NCBI RefSeq assembly: GCF_001194135.2
Contig: NC_068986.1
Location: 9,222,995 to 9,286,994 of the forward strand
Length of the DNA: 64,000 nt
Reading direction: 5' to 3'
From: Octopus bimaculoides
Taxonomy: Eukaryota
The notes under the pieces are model-generated. The model was not told the origin of the DNA. It saw nothing but the letters and a program-made list of their open reading frames with translations, and searched no databases. The position numbers and the translations under genes were made by a program. Positions within the stretch are counted from its first letter, which is position 1, and each line of letters starts with the position of its first letter. Below, piece after piece: positions 48,918-62,522 of this stretch.

Positions 48918-51900
48918 TTAACATAAATTTGTGGATATAACCAGAACGCCGATGATCACAACCTCAAGATTCTAAAATAAAATAACCTTGATTTAAACAA
49001 AGAAAAAGTGGGCATTCTTTTACCTACAAGACCAACAATACATTTATTAGATCAGATCCAAAACATATTTGACTGTTCCTTCGTCTTCCTCACACCAAAG
49101 AGATGACAACTCTGAAGTATGCAATTGAATACTGACATTTCCTTAGAAATTCTGTCCTTTAGTCCCCTTTCTGTCTTCAGCCCTGAAAGCTTTTGAGAAT
49201 CTAAAGCAGGATATTGCCAACTTTGCTATGAAAGCTATTGATCCTGCTGAGACCAAAGCTTTGGATTATGTCATTGCTGCTATCCTATGTCAGTCAGGAT
49301 ACCCAATGACTTCCTGTTCAACAACACTCAACTGAGCAGAAACCTTTTATAGAAAGGGAAATCTACATTATTGTCGAGACTCTTCACCTACCAATTCTAG
49401 TTGCTAACAGATAAGGAATCGGTTGCCATCATGTTTGATAGTAAACGGAATGGGAAAATTGTTGGCATTTAAAACTCTCAAGTTTTTAATAAGTCACTTT
49501 CTAATGCCAGGGAAGGACAATGCTGCTGGTGGTGGTGGTGGTGGCATTCAGTTATGGAATATTGTTGAAAAGTCACACAATAAATACTTTGTTGTATGTG
49601 TGAGCAAACAATTTTCCATATTTATCCTTTAACATGTTTTCTATGCTGGCATGGGTTGGACAGTTTGGGAGGAGCTCATAAGGTTTGTGCAGCTAGATGC
49701 TGACCCTGATGCCAAAGAGGAAATCTGGGGAGAAGCAAAAGCATGATCTCTACATGCTCCACATCTCAGACAGCCAAGATTTTAGAATTCAATATCCATT
49801 TTTGTGATAAAAGCTCCTCAGTCCTTGAGTAGCTTTTACCTAAAACAAGAGATTTGCTGACCATTGTGGAGGAATTCTCAAATTTCACTTTTGCTTTCCC
49901 ATAACCAAAATTCTTCTCAATTTTTGCAAAGACACCATATATTCACTCTGATCATGTCAAAGGATCATAAAAAAATTCCTCCCTCAGCAAAGCAAAGATA
50001 TTGGCAGAAAACACTCCTTACAATTCAGAAGGAAATCGGCAAACAGAACAATACACTGGAATAATTTGAAGACCAATATCACTGCCCCTGAAATTGCCAA
50101 CACTTGAAACCAGCAGAATGGAGACTACTACTTCTTGATGTATTCCACATGATGATCTTTTCCCACAATCAATGGAAATCTTCAAATGGTTAGTCTATCT
50201 GTCTTTGGTCCTCTTCTTTAGCTACCAAGATATCAATGAAATAAATACAACCTTTTAGTAAAGGAACTCAATGTGAATTCTTACTTCACAGACGTCAAGG
50301 TCTCACCCTGTTCCTCCTTCAGTTCAATCTGGTCCCTAAACCTGCTTCCCAAACAAACTAACCCTCAGAACACACCTTCCCCTCCTCTACTCGGTATTGC
50401 TACAACCAGGAAGACTTTGGTTGGTTCTTCTGAATCAAAGACAAGTAAAAACAATGACCCTTTCTTCACACTAAACCCAATCCTATGGGTTACGTCCTAC
50501 CGTATAAGTGTAGGAGTATATATCTTGAAATGTTTAATTTAGCTGGCTACAATGACTGGCAATGTAATACCAAGTAATTCAAAAAGTGAGAATTGAATTA
50601 GGACTTGCCATCATAGAAGTAGTCTCCCCTGTTTGTTGCGCTCTTTATAAATCAGTCGGACTTTGTGGCTTATCTTCCAGCTTGTAACAAAAACAATGAA
50701 CTGTAATAAACACTGGCTTCTTAGATAAATTCATTTCTTTCCAATATTGTTTCAATCAGCAAGAAAAGTGCTTTATGGGGTCTTTTATAGCTCAATTCTC
50801 TACATTTCTGACATTTGAATAAATTTTATCCCTTTTCAAATGTAAGACAATGGAGAAGGAAGAGACAGCCCTTTTGACACCAGTCTGTCTTTGCTTTCAA
50901 TCAAACTGCCAAAGCTGTACAGAACATTTGTCCTGTGTATGGAGAAAGTGTTCTAATTGAGAGACTTTGTTTTCATGCTTCGGGGAAGGGAAATTCTTCC
51001 TCACAAACTCTCCATGTTCCAACCAATCTGTTCAATTCAATGACTAGTGATTAGACCAAACAAGCTCATCCATGAGGACCCATACCAATTCCCCACTAAG
51101 GACATGGCTCAGCAGATGGAATGCTCTCATGAAACTGCTGTTACCTTCACTTGAAAGGTAAGACCCAAAAATAATGCATAGGTGACATGTTCTCAACAAG
51201 AGACAAACCCCCAGCACACCTCTATTGCTGCCAGTTTGCTAACGTGAGATGCTGCATCTATGCAACCCAATGATCTGCATCTGGTAGGATTAGGAAGGGC
51301 TAATCCACTACGAAATAAAAAGAACCAATGCATTGGCTTAATGATGTAATCCAGCTGAAACCACCAGACTGGCAACATGGTGTGCTTCTTCAACACAAAA
51401 ATGCCCCGCCTCACCCACGATTGCTAATCTGACCAAGAAACTATAAATGCTATTCAAGAGCTCAGTTGAGAAATTCTACTTCACCTACACTATTCCCTAA
51501 ATATAGCGCCTAGAGACTATCTCCATTTTCAGTCACTCTGAGCGGTATTTATTTCAATAATGTGAGGCTGAAAAAAGTGGCTTGATGAATTCTTCCAGTC
51601 AAGACAAACCATTGACAAAGAAGTCAAACAACAAAGGAGAATATATCATTGACTGATTTATTTAACTTGATGGAAACTGATTAAAATAATGAGAAAAAAA
51701 AAAGAAACAAGAACAACGTTATTCTAAAATACCAAGGATAATATAAAGACATGGCTCTCTGGACCCTAACAAAGGAATATAAAACCAGATGCTCTTGGGA
51801 AATACATGCAACATCGTTGTCATCACAGAATCTAGAATTGAAGAACTTGGCAAGCACCAAAGTTCTAGTAAACAGGAAAACAGACAGACAGATGCCTCCT

Positions 51901-52199
51901 CTCAGGTATGTAACTCAGCTCCATATGTAGGGCAGGAATTCTGTAGGGTGTACCCCATGCAAAGCATAGACACACAAGAAAGTGGAATCACTTGACGGTT
52001 AATGAAGAAAGTATAATTGACAAAAGTTGAAAGAGCTAATGCCTCTATTGGTTACAAAATGTCTCTCCCTCAGAATGAAAGGCAGACAGTACAATGCTGG
52101 TGTACAAACAAGGTGATACAGTAGTGAGGGACAGGCCTAAATGGAGAGGTCAAGCAAAGGGTAGATGAAGAATGAAGCTAGTATGCTGCTTTGAATGTA

Positions 52200-52850
52200 C
52201 AGTAACAGTATTAAAATGTACTGAGAGAAAAATTTGGCAAAAGAGGCCTGGTTCGGCCATGTGAAGAAAATGGACAACTATACAAGGGCCAGTTGCTTAA
52301 AGCAGATGGAACTTGTGAAAGAGGGAGACCTAGGAGGATGAGGGATGAAACAGTGAAGGCTGATGCTGAGCCTGATGGAGAAGATGACAAAGGACTGAGA
52401 TGATTGGCAATTTGTTTTGCTTGAGAATAGCAAAAACAATGTCCTCCTAAAAGCACTGTTTAGGGCTTGTAACAAATTCTGCCCCATCAAACATTCCCCT
52501 CACATCCAATCCCTACTTGAAAGCAGAACTGACAGCAGGCATTCTTCCTCCTTGCTTCCATTCCTTTGAAAACATCCACTCGTCCCTCCCTCTGCCATAC
52601 TTCATCAGTACACCTCTCATATCTGCCATCATTCCCTACACCCCAACATCTTTACTCAGTGTAACCACAGCCACCCCTATGTACCTCTACATCTCCCTCT
52701 CATCCTCACTCCACCTTGCACACCCTCCTTCCCTCTCTCACCTCCACCCTTGCTCATTACATTCACCTCTACCTGCATCTCTAACCATGTTACTTCCTCC
52801 TCACACCTCTGGCACCCCAACATTACCAGATTTCCCTTCCCAGTTACTAC
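52200..52850. mobile_element. Degraded RTE LINE fragments
   Basis: plus-strand GTCERGRPRRMRDETVKAD similar to 16951-17259; adjacent C-rich segment looks LINE-derived. Confidence 0.5.
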
Positions 52851-52927
52851 TTCTCACCCATATAATGTTGGGTAGCCATGGATTTTCTTTAAAACAACAC
52901 ACCAGAGGTGTTCCAAACATGGACAGA

Positions 52928-54078
52928 TACAAGGCGTGTTCAATAAACATTTCTCCTAACCCACTTCCCAAGAACTGGCATAATTCTTAGTCCTTCTCTA
53001 CATAGCCAGCACCAATGGTAACACACTTCTCCCATCACATTATGCAGCTGTGAAGACCTTGTCCGTAGAAGTCGGTAGAGTGTGTCCTAACTCAGATGGT
53101 GCAAGATCAGGAGAGTAAGCAGGAGGAGAAAGGCTCTCATAAATACAGGAGGGTGTAACATGCACATTGTGAATTGGAGCACTGATTTGGAGAAGGCAGA
53201 CTCTTTTAGTCAGCATGCCAGGCCTCTCTGCTTTGATAACATCTTGCAATTTTTGCAGTGGAGAAGCATAATATGCCGTATCAATTGTGGTGCCCTTTGC
53301 CAGAAAATCCATCATCACTACACCACGCTGTCCCCAAACGACTGTGAGCATCACTTTGTCTGCTGAGGGTCGGACATGAGACTTCTTTGGAGGTGGTGAG
53401 TTATGCTTCCATTGCTTTGACTGGACTTCACAGACTCAAGATTATAGTGATTGACCTACGTTTCATCTTGTGTGATAAGCTTGCCACCAAAATTATTTTC
53501 TTGGGTACATTGCCAAAATAGCCTGGGAGCAACTGACCTATTCCTGCTTCTAAAAAGGTGGGAGCATTTGGGGAATCCATTGTGCAGACAGCTTACACAT
53601 GTGCAAATGGTCGCGAATGATTTTTTCCAGACCCAACACTTACCTTCACTTCTTGGGCTGGTTGCCAAATAGTTATGCAGTGATCCTCCAAAATGGTGTC
53701 ATCATCATTGGCAGAATGTGGCTGTCCAGGAATAGGATCAGTTTCCACCGATGTCCAACCACATTTGATCTGGTGGTGCTGATGCTTGACTACGTCCTAC
53801 GATGGTACATTGTCACCAGAAACTTTCATTTCATCGAAAAGTCTCTTTTGGTGTACGACCTTTCAAGTATAAGAACCAGATCACTGATCTACATTCAACT
53901 GCCTCCATTATAACACCTTAGTCCACTTCATCGGCCGTAAAAGACAAACGAATACTAGAGGAAAGCTGCAATTTACAAAGTGACATGCAGAAACATGTAT
54001 GGTTATACCTGTACAATTTCCGTCTGCTGCAATAACTGGAAGTGGGTCAGAAGGAAATTTTAATGATCACCCCTCGTA
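52928..54078 (-). mobile_element. Near full-length mariner fossil with TIRs
   Basis: TIRs tacaaggcgtgttcaata / taatgatcacccctcgta (14/18); MLTVVWGQRGVVMMDFLAKGTTI...PAYSPDLAPSE. Confidence 0.85.
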
Positions 54079-54719
54079 TTTAAAGACGGTGGTATATAAA
54101 GGCATGGCTGTGTAACAACCAGTGGGAGAGAGAGAGACATAGGTTTCATAATCCTCATCAATTGTACATTTTCTATGCTGGCATGGGATGGTTTGACAGA
54201 ACCCAACGTGCCACAGGGTGGCCCCAAGTTCAACCATCAGCTTCAACATGGTTGCCCTTTTCTTGCCATTGTGGCACCAGAGAGGTTGCTGAGACAGAAA
54301 AAAGAAAAAAAAATAGTAAGCGGGGTGGGGGTGGGGAAGCACCTGCTTTTGAGTGGAGTATTTAAATAATGGGAGGTGGCTTTATGCCAGATTTTGAAGG
54401 GCTAAAGCAATGATAAGGGGACAAGTACAAGTGTCTTGCTATGGAAAGAGGGGATGGGGGAAGAAGGTAACTGGTACAGCAAAGAAAGGGAGGAACAGTA
54501 ATCTGTAATATTACCCTTAAGTGATGGAGGGCTGAGTGTTAGGAGGATGTGGGGGAAAGCATGGCAGGGAAGAAACAGAATGGTGTGTTTGCTGTAAGGT
54601 CCTTCACTTCAGTATTACAAAGCTTGAAATATAATTTAGCAGAAAGGCTCGGTTGTTTCCCTTGAAGTTTGGGGAGAACTAGTATAACTAAAATTTATGA
54701 GAAAATAAGATAGTCAGTG

Positions 54720-54720
54720 G

Positions 54721-54761
<41 letters not shown>
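54720..54761 (+). repeat. Poly(A) run of ~42 nt
   Basis: directly visible. Confidence 0.9.
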
Positions 54762-54763
<2 letters not shown>

Positions 54764-55219
54764 AATATTTAAATAGGGGACTTGATGCATATTAAAATTG
54801 CCATTTAAGGCAAAATCTCTGAATAAATAAGTATTTGCATACTGTCACATCCAATCTATATTCGAAATAATTAAATCGACTTGCTGCTATAAATAGCAGA
54901 GAATGAATTCTATAGAATGGGATCATTGAGATTTGAAAGATGTCCCTTATAATTTGCATAAAGCAGGGAGGGAGAAAAGAGCTTGCAATTTCAACAATGT
55001 CCCTCATAATTTGTAGTTCCTATCCTAGCTTCAAAAACAGGCATTGTTTAATTTATTATTACTACTGAGACGAAAAATACAAGCAGTAAACCAAAGACAT
55101 TATGTGGGAGAGGAAGACAAGGCAGGGAGTGTCAACTAGTCTGACGTGGGCTGAGAGGGCTCTGCCATAGGTCGAGTATTGGTGGTTTGCTTGGACTGAA
55201 GAAGAGGAGTAAGCTCTGG

Positions 55220-55700
55220 ACTCATGCATTTGGAGGGTTTTTTTCTGCCCCTCCTACAATCCTGTTTATAGGTGACACCTTTGTTGGTGCAGCTTTGCCA
55301 AGCAGGGCAGTCTTATGCTTGCATTTCCCAGGTGTCAGGGTTGCTCTCAAACATCTTTGGTGAAGGGTCTGAGTGTATTCTTCAATGACTTTTTTGTCCA
55401 CCCTGCTGCATGCACTTGCTTTCCACCAATTCACTGTAAAACAGTCTCATGCCAGGCATTCAAACAAAGTGGCCTGCCCACTTGAGTTGCACTCTCCTCA
55501 ATAGTGTGAAAATGCTTGACAGATCAGCTTGAAAGAGAACCCATGTCTGGGACCTTGTCTTGATGAGTGATTTTCAAATACTTTCTCAGGCAGTTCATCT
55601 GGAAGTAGCTTAGCTTTTTTGACATAGTGTTTGTAAACCACCCAAGTCTTACAGGCATACAGTAAGTGTAGGCAGTACAATGACTTGGGTACACCTTCAA
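55220..55700 (-). mobile_element. Degraded RTE-like LINE RT C-terminal fragment
   Basis: LLYACKTWVVYK and CLRKYLKITHQDKVPD resemble RTE LLYGCETW / CLR.IL.I.WQD motifs, frameshifted. Confidence 0.55.
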
Positions 55701-56084
55701 CATGGTGACCAGCCTAATGCCCCTCTCCCACACTGATTCCATTGAATCAGTGAGTTCTGGATACAAAGAGAAGCAGCAGCAGCAGATCTGAGAGTAAGAA
55801 CCTGGAGCTTTACAGTAACAAACAGCTAAAACAAGTTAGCTGCACAAAACAACTTTAGGAAAAGTGTAAAAGGCCAATAACAATATCTAGTAGACTTAAT
55901 GTAAATTCCTTTTTTAACTAGTGACTTGTAATTTCTTCAGTTACCAATTGTAAAAGACTGATCCTTTCACTAACTTATTTCTCTTGAAATTTGCTGTTTC
56001 AACTGATTTTTAAAAATAAAGAATTTAGTAAATAGCTTTGTCATTATTAAGCTGGGGTTTGAAATATAAATTAACATGGAATTA

Positions 56085-56520
56085 TCATCATTTCAGGTCT
56101 ATTTTCCATGCTAGCATGGGTTGGACGGTTTGACTGAAACAGGCAAGCCAGGGAGCTGCACCAGGTCCCAGTCTGATTTTGGCTTGGATGCTCTTTCCAG
56201 TGCCAGCCACTCATAGTGGGCGCTTTTTTGTATGTCACTGGCACCAACCACAACTACAATGCTACCTAGCCTGATCAATCTGCTCGAGTACAGCAAATTA
56301 CTGAAGGTCACAATCACCTGCCATTGCATTCTTGAGACACAACAAAGATCATGCCTTGCTACCTCGTCCCATATCTTCCTGAGTCTACCTCTTCCACAGG
56401 TTCCCTCCAGAAACCAGCACTTCTTTACACAGCTGTCCTCATCCATACACATCACATGACCATACCAATGCAGTATTCACCTGTCTTGCACACCACATTG
56501 CCTCATGTGCAATTTTTCGC
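56085..56520 (-). mobile_element. RTE-clade LINE 3' fragment
   Basis: MDEDSCVKKCWFLEGTCGRGRLRKIWDEV plus the shared 3' tail. Confidence 0.8.
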
Positions 56521-59500
56521 AACACAGTTTTACATGAACATCCAATGAAACATTCTAGATTCATTTCTTTCAAGCCTTCACAACCCACAATCTGCCTTTC
56601 ACTGAGAGAGGCCTTTGTTGCCAACAAAAGTAGCTCTCTGAACTTTGCTCAGCTTATTCTAGCAGCTAAACTCTCAGAGAATCCACCTTCACTGCTGACT
56701 TGGTCACCTAGATTACAAAAGCTATCAACTACTTCTAGGTATTCTCCCTAGAGTCTATTTTCTGAATTATTTCTAGTGTTTGTTGCACCTGCACATCTGC
56801 CAGACTTCTAATATTGCTGCATCTCCTGTGTCCATAGCTTGCACCAGGTACATCTAGAATTTCTACCTACACCTTTTCTACATGTGAAGCAGGACCATCT
56901 ATCTGAAAGGATTTGTGATTTGTCTGCTTTCCTACTAAGACTACTTACAATGGAAGATTGTAATTTATATCAGTTGAGTTGGTGTGAAAAGGGTTCTAAA
57001 TGGTATCAATGGTGACCCACCAAATCATAGCTTGACTTCCTAAACACAAAAACAGGACTGATTTCTCCAACTTAAATTTAGCAGTTTGACTGGCTTTAAA
57101 TTTTATAATGACACAGGGAAATGAATAATAATCAGGTAAATGATAATTAAATGTTACTCACCATAGATGCAGCACAAATTTATTTTCAACACTTCTGCAA
57201 GCCTGATGGACCAAACTAAAAAAAAATTAAAAATACACTTTTTAAACACTTTGCTATAAAAATGTGAAAAGCATTCATAAAAATCAGGGTTTTCTCACAA
57301 TCTTTAATGTTCTATTTCTCTACACTAACAATATTCCAAACAGAATTAAAATTTACTGATCTTGTTAAAAAATTCGGTTTATTACCAAACTGCTCTTCTT
57401 ATCAGCCACTGAACTTCTCTGCTGCTAACAATTTTCAATTCTAAAAATTAGCTACATTTTGCGGGGTCAAAGCACGAAAGATTTACATTAAAATTGCCCC
57501 ACAGAGAATCATCCATATCACTTGAAGAAAAAAAAAAAAGTCTACGTCTTGACTGTTTAGTGAGATTTTCTTTTCATAGAATTTTTACCAGGTAAACATA
57601 AAAGTTCATAGCTATTATATAAAGTATTATAAAATACATTACTTCAGTGCCTCTACAGAAATTGTCATTAAGCCGAAAGTGCATGTAGTAGATTTTTGAC
57701 CAATCAACTATCAACAGCTGAATAAAGGAACCTCATGGAAAAGTTTACCTGACAAGACATTTTCTTAGCAGACTCTATAGAAAATTCCATTTTCTCTTTT
57801 TAAACTATTAAACGAATACAAACAACCAATAATTAGGAAACAATTAACAGTCTAATCTAAAAGTTGGAATTTACTAAAATCCTATCTTACCTGCACTTAA
57901 AGGTGTCTTTTTCCTTGGCTGCGACTTGACACTTTAAGCTATCTTGTGAGTTGAAGGGTTAGACATGGCAAAATCCTGTTCAAGCAAAAACTAACTAGAC
58001 TGGCGTCATTGGGGATGATCATTTCAGAGTTTTTTGGGGTCCATGATCATCAATCAACCATTTTATTTTTTCTGACTGTGAAAAAGCAACTAGCTATGCC
58101 ACCAATCATATTTGTTTTTATCTAATAAAACTGCTGTAGAAAACCAATTCTTTCTAATTCCCACCACCACAACAGATAAATCTATATTGCAGAGGTTTCA
58201 TACTCTAATCTGGAGTGATGACACTCAAACATGAAAAATAATAATTTTGCATCAATCATATTAATCTAAAAAAGGCAGTGCTTAATACATAAGAACCAGG
58301 AAACATTTTCAGTTGAAAAATTTCAATACTCTGCAAAGAAATATTTAAAGAATCTCATGACAGCAGCATCATGTATCATGCCAAAACATTAACTGTTGAT
58401 GGGAATAAGCCATTTCTTGGAAATATTCCGATGAACAGTTTTGTTTTTGTTTTTTTTTTTACAACAGAGCAATGCACAACTGAATTTGATAATTTTAAAA
58501 AATATTTTGCAAATCAAAGCATTGCTGTCCATGATGGAAGTCTTTGTATGATTAAAAATTAACCGTTATTTGATGCAACAAACAATAATGAAGAAAAAGC
58601 TAGGCATCACTGAACAAATGAAACATATAACAACATTTTAGAGTCCATGTAACTCTCATCTTAGTAATGGTAACATTAAGTCAAATTGATCTATCGGTAG
58701 AGAAGAATTAAGTTTTAATAACTTCAGAAATTGCTACGATGTAATCTCAAGTTATACATTTTTCAATGTTCAAACACATTTTTTAAATTCTTTTTTTCTT
58801 TTCTTTTCAAATTTGATATTAAAAGTAATTTCTCTACTAACTTAAAATTGGTCCCAGGTTTGCATTAAAAGAGCATTTTATGAAGAAACTTGTGATATTT
58901 AATAATTTTATACAAATAAGGTTTACAAAAAGATAACCCAAACTGGATGCATTCCAACATACTTCATGTAGCCAACTTATTTTTCCTTTTGTTTTTGGTT
59001 TATTTTTAACATTGTTACAAGTATTTTTTAATGAAAATCCATTCTAAATACTAAATTTTGAGTAACTTCAAAATACTTGGAAATCTTATAATAATTCATG
59101 TCACTATGTAACAACAGAGCATTATAAAATTTTATAGATTTCAAGTCATTCATTATGAGCTAAATCTAACAAAAAACCAAACTAATGCTTAACACTTTAA
59201 TCTAGAATAGAGTGAATTAGTGTTTAATGCAACAAAATTTATGTTGGAATATATCTCAGTGCTGTTACATATGGAAGTCAAATTGATTCGTTCAGAAAAA
59301 TTACTCCATTTAAAACAATACTAGATATAAGCCACAAAAGAAAGCAGAATGGAAGTTCATGTAGAAAATCTGCAGCGGTGAAAGAATTCCTCTCAAAATT
59401 GTAGCTTACTCCAAAGTCATGCACACAAGCAAATACATTGGCAGTTTTATGAAAGCTTGCAACTGCAATAAGCTACAATTTCAGGAGACTTGTGTCAAGT

Positions 59501-60599
59501 AAATCAATGCCTGGAATAAAGACTAATTTTTCATCCAAATACAATTATTAAATATGCTGTACTTAACATTTACACGTTTCTATATTTCCATCTACAGCAT
59601 TAATAATAGCTAATGTCTCAAACACAAACTTTTGCTAAATAAAGGAGTATTTTTATTAAAATGTGCAGCAAATGTTCAAGAATTAAGTCCAATTCCTAAA
59701 TTATGTATTTCTGATGATTTGGAACTTCCTTTAAGGAGTAGAAAAATTTTTTTTTAAAAACCCAAACATCAAAATAAAAGAATTTGAAATACAAAGTCTT
59801 ATGTATCCGTGAACGATGACAACAGCTGCTGCTACTAAAATATTATTAAACAAATTAGACTTCCACAATGAGCAGATGTTTTCTTAATGTATACCCAATA
59901 GAAACAGAAATAACACACATTCTCAACGACTAATTTTCAATATTTTATTTTTTAGGGAGAAAAAATTTAAAAAAAAAAGTTTTAAAAAAATGGGTACATG
60001 CAAATTTTACTGCAGTTCGATGAAAATGACAGTTGTTTGATAACTGACTAGAAAAAATCAGCTATGACATAATGGTTTGTATCAAAAACATTTACAAACT
60101 ATGGAAGTGTCTGTAAGACAATGTTCAAATACTCTGTATGGTCACAGAAGATCACTAACACTGTCCATTTATGAGCTGTAGAAATAATAAGTAGTGAAAG
60201 ACCAGAATCTAAAGAATCACAAACATGTTTTTCACAAATAACATGTGACTTATTACACTATGGAAAGAAGAACACAACAAATATATTGGAAAAAAATCTG
60301 GAAAGTCCATTGTTGTTTTTATAACCACCAAAGCTGAACTCAACATTCAAGGAAAGCAATAACAGTTCATAGAGAAACTAGTTTCACACTACTAGGCTCT
60401 AGCACCTTTTTATATCTTGCAGTTTCTAGTGTGGAGTACTAACAGTCAGCAAAGTGTTGTCACAAAATACCATCACAGTTGACAGTATTACATGAAAAGA
60501 ATATTAAACCTGACCAATACTTTGCCTTCATACATTTTCTTAATATAATTAACATTTACGTATTATGCCAAGCAGTGGGCAATGTCAAAGCTTAATTAG

Positions 60600-61063
60600 A
60601 CCTAACACAACAACTTTATTATTGTCTGTTTATATTGAAAATTTCAAATCTAGCTTACACATCCCACTTCTAAACTACAAGCCAAATGATTAATATAGAA
60701 AATGTCCCAAAATGTGTCAAAGTCTCATACATCTACGGCCAAATATGACCCTTACGCTACGACTGTCACTTGAAAATGTCTTAAAATTGTAAAATGATGA
60801 TCAAAGCCTGCTACCAAGTCATTTTTTTTTCTCTGTTGTTTCTTCTTTTTATTGGATCTTTTTAATATTTTTTTTTTTTAATTTAGAGTGGTGTTCTTTG
60901 AGAGCCACCAATCTGCTTCTGCCCATTTCCTTGGTTACACTAAGTACAATCCTGCCTCTCTTGTGTCTCCTCAGTACTACTACAATTGCCTCTTGCCTGT
61001 CTCCACGGTTACACTAAGTACAATTCAAGCTAGCTGCCTCCGTTTCTGCACTGTAAAGCCTGC
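60600..61063 (-). other. Gene 3 probable non-coding 3' UTR exon (start)
   Basis: donor cag|gtattt (exon end 61498) after the gap; acceptor atttgatatgtttag at 61064-61065; minus-strand AATAAA at ~60615; UTR may extend further. Confidence 0.55.
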
Positions 61064-62522
61064 CTAAACATATCAAATAAAACAGATTAATATTTAAATG
61101 CATTTAAAAAATATCATCGCTAGAAAACTCTACACTAACAAGATACAAATATTGTTTTTATCAAGTTATCATATAGGCTAATCATTTTGTCACTTCATTT
61201 AGCCTGCAATGAAAATTCCTAAGCTACCACCTAACTAGACTGCAATCTATTTTAACATACTATTATTTTAGAAATTAAAATTAAATATTTTTAGGCAATA
61301 CTGGTTTGTAAAAGCCTTTCCAGTAACATCCTTATATTAAGAAATCTTCTCCTCAAAGAAGTGAAAAGAAATAAAGTAATCAACATTGCTTTTTATATAT
61401 AATATATACCCTATTACTCTAATACATACTAAACTGGCTAAAATATCAATTTGAAACAGACCCTCAATCACACAAAACAATCGAAAACTCAAAATACCTG
61501 AATGTTAAGTTGCTGCCGGGTTATTTTTTTTTTNNNNNNNNNNNNNNNNNNNNNNNNNNNNNNNNNNNNNNNNNNNNNNNNNNNNNNNNNNNNNNNNNNN
61601 NNNNNNNNNNNNNNNNNNNNNNNNNNNNNNNNNNNNNNNNNNNNNNNNNNNNNNNNNNNNNNNNNNNNNNNNNNNNNNNNNNNNNNNNNNNNNNNNNNNN
61701 NNNNNNNNNNNNNNNNNNNNNNNNNNNNNNNNNNNNNNNNNNNNNNNNNNNNNNNNNNNNNNNNNNNNNNNNNNNNNNNNNNNNNNNNNNNNNNNNNNNN
61801 NNNNNNNNNNNNNNNNNNNNNNNNNNNNNNNNNNNNNNNNNNNNNNNNNNNNNNNNNNNNNNNNNNNNNNNNNNNNNNNNNNNNNNNNNNNNNNNNNNNN
61901 NNNNNNNNNNNNNNNNNNNNNNNNNNNNNNNNNNNNNNNNNNNNNNNNNNNNNNNNNNNNNNNNNNNNNNNNNNNNNNNNNNNNNNNNNNNNNNNNNNNN
62001 NNNNNNNNNNNNNNNNNNNNNNNNNNNNNNNNNNNNNNNNNNNNNNNNNNNNNNNNNNNNNNNNNNNNNNNNNNNNNNNNNNNNNNNNNNNNNNNNNNNN
62101 NNNNNNNNNNNNNNNNNNNNNNNNNNNNNNNNNNNNNNNNNNNNNNNNNNNNNNNNNNNNNNNNNNNNNNNNNNNNNNNNNNNNNNNNNNNNNNNNNNNN
62201 NNNNNNNNNNNNNNNNNNNNNNNNNNNNNNNNNNNNNNNNNNNNNNNNNNNNNNNNNNNNNNNNNNNNNNNNNNNNNNNNNNNNNNNNNNNNNNNNNNNN
62301 NNNNNNNNNNNNNNNNNNNNNNNNNNNNNNNNNNNNNNNNNNNNNNNNNNNNNNNNNNNNNNNNNNNNNNNNNNNNNNNNNNNNNNNNNNNNNNNNNNNN
62401 NNNNNNNNNNNNNNNNNNNNNNNNNNNNNNNNNNNNNNNNNNNNNNNNNNNNNNNNNNNNNNNNNNNNNNNNNNNNNNNNNNNNNNNNNNNNNNNNNNNN
62501 NNNNNNNNNNNNNNNNNNNNNN

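Noticed and set aside
46991-50631. Shared 16-mer GAAGTAGTCTCCCCTG at 46991 and 50616
   Set aside because: Most likely two decayed copies of a dispersed repeat; no LTR or TSD structure evident.
53640-53650. Perfect minus-strand donor AG|GTAAGT
   Set aside because: Inside a mariner fossil with no matching acceptor identified.
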